A DNA stretch of 56,326 bases, the filler included, from Squatina squatina (Eukaryota), in NCBI GenBank assembly GCA_031763465.1. It is 3 parts of 3 records of this genome, joined end to end, with 100 filler letters (N's around TTAATTAATTAA, not from the genome) between each part and the next. Parts side by side here need not be neighbours in the genome. Positions count along the whole stretch, not along the records: positions 20,077 to 43,432 come from JARFOE010000051.1; 2 more parts are not named here. One strand, 5' to 3'. The notes below the pieces were generated by a model. It had not been told where the DNA came from and searched no databases. It saw only the letters and a list, made by a program, of their open reading frames with translations. A program made the translations under genes and the position numbers. Each line of letters begins with the position of its first letter. The first letter of the stretch is position 1. Of this stretch, positions 25,467-37,077 are shown piece by piece.

Positions 25467-27631
25467 TCATATCTATCCTCTATCTTTCTCATATCTATCC
25501 TCTATCTATCCTCCATCTATCTAATATCTATCGTCTATCTATCCTCTATCTATCTCATATCTATCCTCTATCTATCCCATATCTATCCTCCATCTATCTC
25601 ATATCTATCCTCTATCTTTCACATATCTATCCTCCATCTATCTCATATCTATCCGCTGTCTATCTCATATCTATCCTCTATCTATCCTCTATCTATATCA
25701 TATCTATCCTCTATCTATCCTTCATCTATCACATATCTATCCTCTATCTATCACGTATCTCTCCTCTATCTATCACATATCTAGCCTCTATTTATCTCAT
25801 ATCTATCCTCTCCCTATCTCATATCTTTCCTCGATCTATCTCATATGTATCTCTAGGCATCTCATATCTATCCTATACCTATTTCATATCTATCCTCGAC
25901 CTATCTCATATCTATCTCTATCTATCTCATATCTATCCTCGATCGATCCTCTATCGATCACATATCTATCCTCTTTCTGTCACGTATATCTCCTTTATCT
26001 ATCGCATATCCATCGTCTATCTATCACATATCTATACTCTATCTATCATGGAGCTATCCTCTATCTATCCCATATCTATCACATATCTATACTCTATCTA
26101 TCCACTATCTATCACATATCTATCCTCTATCGATCACATATCTATCCTCTATCTATCTCATATCTATCCTCTGTCTATCTCATATCAATCCCCTATCTGT
26201 CCGCTATCTATCTCATATCTATCCTCTATCTATCACATATCCATCTTCTACCTATCACATATCTTTCCTCTATCTATCTCATATCTATCCACTATCTATC
26301 TTCTAACAATCACATATCAATCATCCATCTATCTCATATCTATCCTCTATCTATCACATATCTATCATTTTTCTATCACATATTTATCCTGTATCGACCT
26401 CATTTCTATCCTCTATCGATCACATATCTATCCTCCATCAATCTCATATCTATCCTCCATCTATCTCATATCTATACTCTATCTATCACATATCTATCCT
26501 TTATCTATCACATATCTATTCTCTATCTATCTCATATATCTGCTCTATCTATCTCATATCAATCGCCTATCTGTCCTCTATCTATCTCATATCTATCCTC
26601 TATCTATCACAGATCTATCTTTATCTATCACATATTTATCCTGTATCATTCTCATATCTATCCGCTATCTGTCACATATCTATCCTACATCTATCTCATA
26701 TCTATCCTCTAGCTATCTCATATCTATCCTCTATCTATCACATATCTATCCTCTATCTATCCTTTATCTATCACATATCTATCCTCTATCGATCTCATAT
26801 CTATCCTCTATCTATCACATATCTATCCTGCATCTATCTCATATCTATACTCTATCTATCACATATCTATCCTCTATCTATCTCATATCTCTCCTCTATC
26901 TATCACGTATCTATCCTCCATCTATCTCATATCTATCCACTATCACATAATTATCATCTATCTAACTCATATCTATCCGCTATCTTTCAGACATCTATCC
27001 TCTATCTATCCTCTATCTATCTCATATCTATCCTCTATCTATCTCACATCTATCCTCTATCAATCTCATATCTATCCTCTGTCTATCTCATATCTATTCT
27101 CTATCTAACTCATATCTATACTCTATCTATATCATATATAATCCTCTATCTATCTCATATCTATCCTCTATCTATCTCATATCTATCCTCTATCAGTCTC
27201 ATATCTATCCTCTATCTATCCTCTATCTATCTCATATCTATCCTCCATCTATCTCATATCTAGCCTCTATCTATCCCATATTTATCACATGTCTATCCTT
27301 GATCTATCTCATATCTATCCTCTATCTATCACATAGCGATCCTTAATCTTTCACAAATCTATCCTCCATCTATCACATATGTATCCTCTATCTATCCTCT
27401 ATCTATCTCATATCTATCCTCTATCTATCACATATCAATCGTCTATCTATCTCATATCTATCCGCTATTGAGCACATATCTATCCTCGATTTATCACATA
27501 TCTATCCTCTATCGCATATCTATCCTATATCTATCTCATTTCTATCCTCTATCTATCACATATCTATCTTCTAAATACCACATATCACTCCTCCATCTCT
27601 CTCATATCTATCCTCTATGTATCTCATATCT
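25467..27631. repeat. GATA/Bkm-type complex satellite, ~22 bp unit TATCTATCCTCTATCTATC(T/A)CA
   Basis: About 2.1 kb of TATC-based tandem units; source of the spurious S/I/Y/L-rich ORFs. Confidence 0.97.
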
Positions 27632-27731
27632 NNNNNNNNNNNNNNNNNNNNNNNNNNNNNNNNNNNNNNNNNNNNNNNNNNNNNNNNNNNNNNNNNNNNN
27701 NNNNNNNNNNNNNNNNNNNNNNNNNNNNNNN

Positions 27732-27992
27732 CAGTCTCAGAATAAGGGGGAAGCCATTTAGGACTGAGATGAGGAGATATTTCGTCACTCAGAGGGCTGT
27801 GGAGGCTCAGATATTGAGTACATTCAAAACAGAAATTGATAAGATTACCAGATATTAAAGGCATCACGGGATATGGGGATAGTGCAGGAAAATGGCATTG
27901 ATGTAGGAGATCAGACATGATCTTGTTGAATGGCGAAGCAGGCTCGAGGGGCTGAAAGGCCTACTCCTGCTCCTGTTTCTTATGTTCTTATG
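27732..27992 (+). mobile_element. CR1 LINE 3' terminus
   Basis: cagtctcagaataagggg...gactgagatgaggag and a (ttcttatg) tail. Confidence 0.8.
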
Positions 27993-28769
27993 TATCCTCG
28001 AACAATTTAGAAGAGGAATGCAGCCTGGTGGACCTCAGTTCTGGTTGCTTCACAACTGCCACCCTTTCATCTCTCGTGCACCTCCTCTTGAACATCACTA
28101 TTATTTTCCCCTGTAATGTGTGTACATTTGTTGGGAGCTGCTTAAAGTGGGTGGTGGCAATTGGTGTTCAAGTGAGTAATGTTATTTGTGAACCACTGGA
28201 AGAGAGAAAATCGGATATTATGAGTAAATAAGTACACTTTTTTATATGAGTGCTGTTTTCAGAATATGAATTATTATGTACTTGTTACATGTGGTGAGTA
28301 AGGTCATGCCCATGTAGCATCAGTCAAAATTGTGCGTTCGAGTGATTTTGTTAATGGATCTTCGGCTCAAATGAAAAAATCGTGTNNNNNNNNNNNNNNN
28401 NNNNNNNNNNNNNNNNNNNNNNNNNNNNNNNNNNNNNNNNNNNNNNNNNNNNNNNNNNNNNNNNNNNNNNNNNNNNNNNNNNNNNTGGCTGGCGGCCAAC
28501 CCCTTTAAGGGAGGCATGGACGTGCTCCTGACGTCAGCTCACAGCGCGCTGATGCAGCACAACTGATGCAGCACTGAGGCCACGCCAGCGACGTACAAGG
28601 CCAGCCACCCCAGTTCCGCCCGGGAGTGAGGCCAACAAAGCTGCGACTCACTCCCACCCTGGAAAGACTAATTCTGCACCGGGTGGGACGGGATGGGAAC
28701 CGGCGTGAGAAATGCCGGATTGTCTCTCCCAATCCTTTGTGCACCTTGTTTCTCCTTTTTAATGCTACA

Positions 28770-29110
28770 TCCTGCTGCCCATCCGTCTGCCAAATTAGGT
28801 TTAACCCTTCCCAACAGCACTAGCAAACCCCCCACCCACCATGAGGACATTAGTCCCAACTCTGTTAAGGTGCAACCCATCAGGCATGTACAGGTCCCAC
28901 CTCCCCCAGAGCCGGTCCCAATGTCCCAGGAATCTAAAGCCCTCTCTCCTGCACCATCTCTCCAGCCAAGCAGTCACTTGCTCTATCCTCCTATTTCTAT
29001 ACTCACGAGCACCAGGAGTAATCCAGACATTACTACCTTTGAGTTCCTGCTTTTTAATCTCTTTTCTTGCTCCCTAAAATCTGCCTGCAGGACCTCATTC
29101 CTCTTTCTAC
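28770..29110 (-). mobile_element. CR1 ORF1 fragment
   Basis: Reverse complement resembles 20200-20500 (EVLQADFREQEKRLKSRNSKVVMSGLL). Confidence 0.7.
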
Positions 29111-29124
29111 CTCTGGAGTTGATA

Positions 29125-29192
29125 CTGATATGGAGTATAATGTGGATAAATGTGAGGTTATCCACTTTGGTGGCAAAAACAGGAAGGCAGAT
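29125..29192 (+). mobile_element. CR1 RT fragment
   Basis: MEYNVDKCEVIHFGGKNRKAD. Confidence 0.7.
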
Positions 29193-29539
29193 NNNNNNNN
29201 NNNNNNNNNNNNNNNNNNNNNNNNNNNNNNNNNNNNNNNNNNNNNNNNNNNNNNNNNNNNNNNNNNNNNNNNNNNNNNNNNNNNNNNNNNNNAAAACGAG
29301 CACCACTTCAGCTTCATTTCATGCAATGTTAGCATTGTCTTCAATTTATTCTGTGATCCTACTTTCTGTGGCACATTGTTCATCTATCCAGTGCCAGACA
29401 TAATTGCACTGATGGGGCCTGTGCTGAATGCATTGTCAGAACAGCGCACTGGAAGAGTGCTCCACTGGATGGACAATCAATGCACTCCTTCTTCTGAGTC
29501 AGGCTCATTAGAGTTGTTGTATCCCAGGTGCATATGGCA

Positions 29540-29695
29540 TCTTAGGAACTTAGAAGCAGGAGTAGGCCATTCAGCCCCTTGAGCCTGCTCCGCCATTCAA
29601 TGAGATCATGGCTGATTTGCACCCAAACTCCATTTACCCGTCTCACTCCATAATCCCTTGATATCCGGACCTAACAAAGATGTATCAATCTTAGT
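29540..29695 (-). mobile_element. CR1 3' terminus, inverted
   Basis: agcaggagtaggccattcagccccttgagcctgctccgccattcaatgagatcatggctgat. Confidence 0.75.
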
Positions 29696-31294
29696 CATGC
29701 TATTCCTACTCACCTGCGGAAGTTCTTCTGTTTAAAGAGGCACCTGGCTGTCTTTGTTCCAGGGTTGCTTTTTAACTCCAGAAGTGTCTATTTAATTATT
29801 GTGTTCTGCTCTAGCTCCAGTGGGAATTACTTTTCTCTCAGAATTCATTACTGTTCTATATTTGGAATAACAAAGCTGATAACGTCCGGCAACACTTTAG
29901 GAAGGAGCAAGGTCCTCTGCTTTGAAGAAGGCACTGAAGAGATGATGTTGTGGGAATTGCAGGAGAGGAAGGAAGTCCTCTCCTTCGGCCATAGCTTTAA
30001 AGGTGCCAAAGACTGTGCCACAAAAGCAGGTTGTCCTGAATGAGCAAGAAGCACCTGGTCGGACGGCAAAAATCACTTCTATCCACATTTGATCTCCGGG
30101 CTCTTCATTTAAAAGAAAGATGCTTTCTGAACACAAATGATTGCGGAAGTCATTGGGGGAGGNNNNNNNNNNNNNNNNNNNNNNNNNNNNNNNNNNNNNN
30201 NNNNNNNNNNNNNNNNNNNNNNNNNNNNNNNNNNNNNNNNNNNNNNNNNNNNNNNNNNNNNNCCGTTAAAGGACAATCATTTGACACCCAGTGTTAGGAA
30301 ACAGAGAGGGATAACATGTTACTGGTGTGAAAAACCATTGCCAATTTAATTCACACAGAAGCTCTGGAAACAGTACACTGCATCAGCAGGTCTGCCATTG
30401 CATAACTTGCAGGCCTGCCTGTGGACTGGAGCCCAGCTGTGACACTTGTCTGCGAGCCTGACCTGTCCCTTTAAAGATCAAGCAGGCCCTGTGGCAATCC
30501 AGCTAATTGCAGTCACAGGTTGATTCCTGAGGGGAACCAGAGGTCAGTAAATTACTTTTAAAATTCAAGGCCCAAGTCAAGCACCAGTATTTTTTTAAAC
30601 CAAAAGTGATTGTTTTAAATCTGCAACAACTGGAGTATGATGTACATGGACTAGATGCAATATTTATACCAGCTCAGCTCCTATGGCATTGTATATAGTT
30701 AGGCATAGAATACAACACCTGTATACATCTCTGACCTCTCTGTGTTGTTGTTGCTCTCTGTCTCTCGTTGTCACTTCTTGGCTGCTTCTCTCCTCTTCAA
30801 TTATATTCCCCCGTCTTCTTCTGCTTTTCCCTCTCTCCGGATGTGAAATTCACTGCTGCGGCTTGCGTGGATCGTGCTTCCAGGAGGCACTCCCAGGGCG
30901 CTCACTCAGCTGGTTTCGTTGGCTGGCGGGCGCTCCAGCCGGCTGGCGTGGCGTTCGAGGGCGGGTTTGGGGAGCCACCCACAGGATGCACCTCTGCTGC
31001 ACGGCGCGACGAAAATCTCAGCGGTGCACGGCGATAGTGGCATCATCCGCCATGCCGACCGCCCCCTGAGCGACCCGGGAAAGAATTGGGATCCAGAAAC
31101 GGTGATGGCGCCTGCTCTTAGCAACGCAGCAGGAGCTGTCGTTGCAGTCGGCCCCTGGATGCAGAGCCATTATTTAAAGGTTAGTGTTACACTCATCTTC
31201 TGAAGCGCCATTACATTGTCGAATGGTGACGAGTAGTGGTTAGACTGGATACAAGTAGATGAACAAGCAGTTTCAAATCATCCTTTCATGATCT

Positions 31295-31394
31295 GAAACA
31301 TAGAAAACAGGAGCAGAAGAAGGCCATTCGGCCCTTCAAGCCTGCTCCGCCATTCAATGAGATCATGGCTGATCTTCCAACTTCAGTACCCTGT
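31295..31394 (-). mobile_element. CR1 3' terminus, inverted
   Basis: gaaacatagaaaacaggagcag...ggccattcggcccttcaagcctgctccgccattcaatgagatcatggctgatc. Confidence 0.75.
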
Positions 31395-31495
31395 NNNNNN
31401 NNNNNNNNNNNNNNNNNNNNNNNNNNNNNNNNNNNNNNNNNNNNNNNNNNNNNNNNNNNNNNNNNNNNNNNNNNNNNNNNNNNNNNNNNNNNNNG

Positions 31496-32945
31496 GCTAA
31501 GGCCACTGCCAACAGGGCCTCCCAACAGGGCACAGGGGAAGGCCCAACCACACAGGTTATCCTTTCCGAGCTGGACCAGAGGGTGATGGAGCTTATTGGA
31601 CCTCAAGTCACTGACCCAGTCGGCCAGGGAAAGGCAAAAGGGGGCACTGGTGACAGTGGTAAGTCTTGCACAAGGGTAAGAAGGCAATGTACCTTGAGTG
31701 TATGAAGCTGCATGAATGTGGCCATGACCAATATGGACATTCTTGATGCCCCATTTGTGCAGTCTTTCAAAACTAACAACTGAAGTCTCTGCTATTTGTC
31801 CTGGCAGATCACTCATCACAAAGGTCTGCCCCATTGTTTGACACCAGTGCCATTCCTCAAGAAGCCAGGGAATGGGCTGAAACTGAAGAGGGGAAGGGGG
31901 AGGGTCCTGTACAGAGGGAGAGGGAAGGGGAAGGTTCGTTAATTGCATTGTCACCACCTCACTCAATCACCAGCACCAGCTCAGGTACATTCACCTTGAG
32001 TAAGGGCACCACATTTGTAACCCCATGGCTCACACCTCACTCTGCACCAGGAAGTAGCGGGCTGCAACAGGATCAGTGGCCAAGGGAAGCTAGGGGGCCA
32101 GGTGTCCGGGGGACACTTGACACGCGAGTCCTGCTGAGGTCCAAACATGTGAGGGAGAGGTACCCCCAAAGAGGGTCATGGCCGTGCATTAAAACTTGGC
32201 AGGTGCAATGCCAAGTGTTAACCATTTGATCCGGAGTATTGAGGAGTCAAGCTCCAGGATTATGGATCGCTCTGCACAAGCCTTCGAGCCCATCCTCACG
32301 ACCATGTGTGAGCTGGTGAACTTGCAACAGCATTATCTGGATCCAGAAGTCATGAGTCACTTCAGGCGCGATGTCGCATCATCCGTTGCTGTCCAGGCCG
32401 CGGCCACTCAATGGCTTGCGACAGCAATGGAGTCAATGTCTGCACACATGGATATTGTAACTGCTCTCGTTCAGTCTCAGCATGATGCAACGCAGAGGCT
32501 TTCTAATGCCCTAGAGTCTCACCTCTGTGGCATTCATGCACTGACAGATGCCATGGCATCTGGGTCCACGACGGTGCACCAGGGATCTGGCATCTCCACA
32601 CAAACACAACGATCTGTTTTCACGCAGACTGATGTGGAAGAGCTGCAGACGCCCCAGGGGAGTGGGAGTGCTGCTGAGGAGGCTGGATGTGCTCTCCTTT
32701 CTCAGGATGAGAGCATCCAGTCGCCTCCCACTGCCTCGCCGCCATTGCAGCTACCCATGGCTGGGACCCAGGCAGCCAAGACTGCTGCCGCAACTCCTGC
32801 GATAGAGCAGTCTGAATCCAGCCCATCCAGGGCCAAAGCTACTCGTGGGCATCCCAAAAAGACACCTGCAGAGACTCCTTCAACCTCACAGCAGCCTTCC
32901 AGTAGCCCTGCTGCAGCCACAGGGGAGACACTTAGGACGAGCTGA
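31496..32945 (+). mobile_element. Spliced Myb/SANT-like (Harbinger ORF2-type) gene remnant, copy A: exon 31496-31658, intron 31659-31807, exon 31808-32945 with one frameshift
   Basis: 163-nt exon AKATANRASQQGTGEGPTTQVILSELDQRVMELIG...G|GTAAGT; acceptor ttgtcctggcag|AT in phase with ORF 31834-32229, then ORF 32196-32945 (helical, then S/P/A-rich). Homologous to copy B at 42590-43333. Family assignment rests on the xTGG..LS..E..V..I.G motif only. Confidence 0.6.
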
Positions 32946-33169
32946 AGAGTGGGAATTTTGAAGAAAGGTTATAAGGAAAATGCATAAGGGTGATTAAATT
33001 ATTCTGCACTTATTTATTGTTTCAACTATGGGATAAAACCACAATTTGACCACATTCTTGTGTATGCGATTTATTCCAGGGTGTGCAGAGGCCAAATGAT
33101 GAAAATGTTTTGATTGTTTGTTGGCAGGGGACTGCATTGTTGCGGAATGAGCAGATGAACAATAGCCAA

Positions 33170-33720
33170 TCCTCTGAGTATCATTTTCCAATCCTCACTA
33201 GATATAGGAGAGGCACCGGAGGATTGGAGGACAGCAAACGTAGTACCATTATTTAAAAAGGGTATGAAGGACAGGTCGAACAATTATAGGCCGGTCAGTC
33301 TTACCTCGATGGTAGGCAAATTATCAGAATTAATTCTGAGAGATNNNNNNNNNNNNNNNNNNNNNNNNNNNNNNNNNNNNNNNNNNNNNNNNNNNNNNNN
33401 NNNNNNNNNNNNNNNNNNNNNNNNNNNNNNNNNNNNNNNNNNNNAAAGGGAAATTATGCTTGACAAATTTACTGGAATTTTTTGAGCATGTAACTAGTAG
33501 AATGGATAAGGGAGAACCAGTGGATGTGTTGTGTTTGGACTTTCAGAAGGCTTTCGACAAGGTCCCACATAAGAGATTAGTGTGCAAATTTAAAGCACAT
33601 GGGATAGTGGGTAATGTACTGACATGGATAGAGAACTGGTTGGTAGACAGGAAACAAAGTGTCGGAATAAACGGGTCTTTTTTCGAGTGACTAGTGGGGT
33701 ACCGCAAGGTTCAGTGCTTG
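33170..33720 (+). mobile_element. CR1 RT core (two pieces across a gap)
   Basis: NYRPVSLTSMVGKLSE, TNLLEFFE, LDFQKAFDKVPH, SGVPQGSVL. Confidence 0.9.
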
Positions 33721-33724
33721 TCAC

Positions 33725-34012
33725 TTTAACACTTTTTGGTACTTTGACTCTATCTGCTGCGAGCCTTTGTTTCTGCTGCCTTCTAATTTTGCTTACCACT
33801 TTTCTGCCTTCCACTTCCAGCTTTGTTTCTCTCCCTTCTGAATCCCATCTCAGGTTCCTATCCCGCTGCGACGTTAATTTAAACCCCTCCCAACAGTACT
33901 AGCAAACAGTCCTGTAAGGATATTGGTCACGGTCCTGCTGGAGTGTAACCCGTCCAGCTTGTACAGGATCCACCTTCCTCAGAAACAGTCCCAATGCCTC
34001 AGGAATCTAAAG
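33725..34012 (-). mobile_element. CR1 ORF1 end/inter-ORF fragment
   Basis: Reverse complement of the DGLHLN-type ORF1 end seen at 20360-20500. Confidence 0.65.
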
Positions 34013-34715
34013 GCCCCCCCCCCCCCCCCNNNNNNNNNNTTGAAGTGTTGAGACAACAACGGGCAGAGTTGGTTGATCAACTGCCTCCTGTAGGAAATTC
34101 CAAATATTTACTGAATGGTTTGGAGACATAAAGGGACTGTACATGCAATGGATCTACAAGATTGGGTTAAGATAGTCAGGACAGTGAGTGTCAGTAGAAT
34201 TGAAGTATAAAATGGCACAAGAAATAGTAAAATATATAGGTAATTGAATCTATAAGTGGAACGAACAGTATTCAGAAGGCATGCAAGAACGGATCTTCCT
34301 TTTTAAACTGTAAGGAAGTAATAATGGATCTTAATGAAAAGCGGCATTACAAAAACAAGAGCAAGAAGGTATTTGCAACTGTTGTGTCCATTACACAACA
34401 GAAAGAAGAAAATAAGACATCAGCAAAAGAGATAGAAGACCTCAAACAAAGAGAAAAAGAGGCTCCAGCTAATATAGCCAAGTTAGAGGTCGCTCTTAAA
34501 GAAACAGAGGAGGCTTGAGCACAGAGCTTGGAGTAAGAGCTGGGTGAACGCAATCAGACTGGATCACAAGCAGAGTGGAAGAATTTGGTTCGCGCAGGAA
34601 TCGATGGAGAGGAGGNNNNNNNNNNNNNNNNNNNNNNNNNNNNNNNNNNNNNNNNNNNNNNNNNNNNNNNNNNNNNNNNNNNNNNNNNNNNNNNNNNNNN
34701 NNNNNNNNNNNNNNN

Positions 34716-36124
34716 CTGGGCATCCATGAGGCGCTGTGGGCCATCAGCAGCAGCAGAATTGTATACCAGCACAATCTGTCACCTCATGGCCCAGCAGATC
34801 CCTCACTCTACCAATACCATCAAGCCAGGGGACCAACCCTGGTTCAACTAGGAGTTTAGAAGGGCATGCCAGGAGCAGCACCAGGCGTACCTAAAAATGA
34901 GGTGCCAACCTGGGGAAGCTGCAACACAGGACTACAGGCCTGCTAACAGGCAGAAGCAGCATGCTATGGACAGGGCTAAGCATTCCCACAAACAACGGAT
35001 CAGAACAAAGCTCTGCAGACCTGCCACATCCCGTCGTGAATGGTTGTGGACCATGAAACAACTAATAGGAGGAGGCTCCATGAATATCCCCATGCTCAAT
35101 GAAGGTGGGGCCCATCAAATGAGTGCAAAAGGACAAGGCAGAAGGATTTGCAACCATCCTCAGCCAGAAGTGCCGAGTGGGCGATCCATATCAGCCTCCT
35201 CCTGAGGTCCCCACCATCACAGCAGCCAATCTTCAGCCAAATCAATTCACTCCACATGATATCAAGGAATGGCGGAGCACACTGGCTAGAAAGAAAGACA
35301 GACTTGGATTTAGATAGCGCCTTTCCGACCACTGGGCGTCTCAAAGTGCTTTACAGCCAATGAAGCACTTAAAATGTGCAGTCACTGTTGTAATTTGGGA
35401 AACAGGATACAGCAAATGCAGTGGGCCCCGACAACATCCCAACTGTTGCGCTGAAGACATGTGCTCCAGAACTAGCCGTGCCTCTAGCCAAGCTTTTCCA
35501 GTACAGTAACAGCACTGGCATCTATCCAACAATGTGCGACACTGCCCAGGTATGTCCTCTCCACAAAAATCAGGACAAATCCAATCTGGTCAATTACTGC
35601 CCCATCAGTCTAATCTCAAACAGCAGCAAGATGATGGAAGGTATCAGTGACAGTGCTATCAAGTGCCACTTGCTCACCAATAACCTCCTTGCCGATGCCC
35701 ATTTTGGGTTCTGCAAGGACCACTTGGCTCCAGACCTCATTACAACATTTGTGCAAACATGGACAAAAAACAGCTGAATTCCAGAGGTAAGGTGAGAGTG
35801 ACTGCCCTTGACATGAAGGCAGCATTTGACCGAGGAACCCTCATAGAACTGAAGTCAATGTGAATTGAGGAAAACTCTCCACTGGCTGGTATCATTCTGA
35901 GCACAAAGGAAGATGGTTGTGTTGGAGGTGAATCATCAGAGCCTAAGACATCACTGCAGGTGTTCCTCAGGGCAGTGTCCTGGGACAAACCATCTTCAAC
36001 TGCTTTATCAATGGCCTTCTCTCCATCAGAAGGTCAGAAGTGGGGATGTTTGTTGATGATCGCACAGTGTTCGATGCCTTTCACAACTCCTCAGAGCATG
36101 AAGCCGTCCATGGCCGCATGCAGC
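34716..36124 (+). mobile_element. Jockey-like (CR1/L2 group) LINE ORF2, degraded
   Basis: TIKPGDQPWFN, GPDNIPTVALKTCAPELAVPLAKLFQ, NYCPISLIS, ALDMKAAFDR, AGVPQGSVLG, MFVDD; multiple frameshifts and stops. Confidence 0.88.
35286..35404 (-). mobile_element. 3' fragment of a DeuSINE/SacSINE1-like SINE inserted in the LINE
   Basis: Reverse complement of the SINE 3' end at 36970-37077. It interrupts cactgg|atacagcaaa, which is contiguous in the sister LINE copy near 16345. Confidence 0.75.
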
Positions 36125-36224
36125 NNNNNNNNNNNNNNNNNNNNNNNNNNNNNNNNNNNNNNNNNNNNNNNNNNNNNNNNNNNNNNNNNNNNNNNNNNNN
36201 NNNNNNNNNNNNNNNNNNNNNNNN

Positions 36225-36613
36225 CAAAGAAACCTGCAAAATTCTAACAGGACTGGACAGACTAGATGCAGGAAGGATGTTCTCGATGGCAAGTGAATCT
36301 AGAACCAGGGGTCACAGTCTGAGGATAAGGGATAAGACATTTAGTGCTGAGATGAGGAGAAATTTCTTCACCCAGAGAGCGCTGAACCTGTAGAATTCTC
36401 TACTACGGAAGGCAGTTGAGGCCAAGTCATTAAATATATTCAAGAAGGAGTTAGATATAGTTCTTAGGGTTTAAGGAATCAAGGGATATGGGGAGAAAGC
36501 AGGAACAGGGTACTGAACTAGGGTGATCAGCCATGATCATATTGTATGGCAGAGCGGACTCGAAGGGCTGAATGGCCTACTCCTGTTCCTATTTTCTATG
36601 TTTCTATGTTTCT
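36225..36613 (+). mobile_element. CR1 LINE 3' region
   Basis: KILTGLDRLDAGRMF...SRTRGHSLRIR...EMRRNFFTQR and a (tttctatg)n tail. Confidence 0.9.
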
Positions 36614-36767
36614 AAGTGTATAAAATAGTAAATGGCATTATAACAGTTCATCCAACATATTACTTTAAAGTAAAATGTGGTAGCAGGACAAGGGGAAGTA
36701 GGTTCATATCCAGAAGTTGTTCGTGCAAAGCGTGATCAACACTTGAAATGGACTTCCATATTTCATC

Positions 36768-37077
36768 CATCTTTCAGATGAGATGTTAAACCGAGGCCCC
36801 CTCTGCTCTCTCAGGTGGACGTAAATGATCCCATGGCACTATTTCGAAGAAGAGCTGGGGAGTTATCCCCGGGGTCCTGGCCAATATTGATTCCTCAATC
36901 AACATAACAAAAACAGTTTATCTGATAATTATCACATTGCTGTGCACAAATAGACTGCAGCATTCCCTACATTACAACAGTGACTACGCTTTTAAAAGTA
37001 TTTCATTGGCCATAAAGCACTTTGGGCCGCTTGTTGGTCATGAAAGGTGCTATATAAATGCAAGTCTTTTTTTCTTT
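36768..37077 (+). mobile_element. DeuSINE-type (SacSINE1-like) SINE
   Basis: ctttcagatgagatgttaaaccgaggcccc...gatcccatggcactatttcgaagaagag (Deu-domain-like), ending gaaaggtgctatataaatgcaagtcttttt. Confidence 0.75.

Noticed and set aside
26048-26950. 300-aa ORF (also 25194-25784, 27468-27761, 23230-23451)
   Set aside because: Translations of satellites that happen to lack stop codons in one frame.
22249-27631. Regularly spaced repeats as a CRISPR-like array
   Set aside because: Units are contiguous tandem satellite with no unique spacers, and the DNA is vertebrate with no cas genes.
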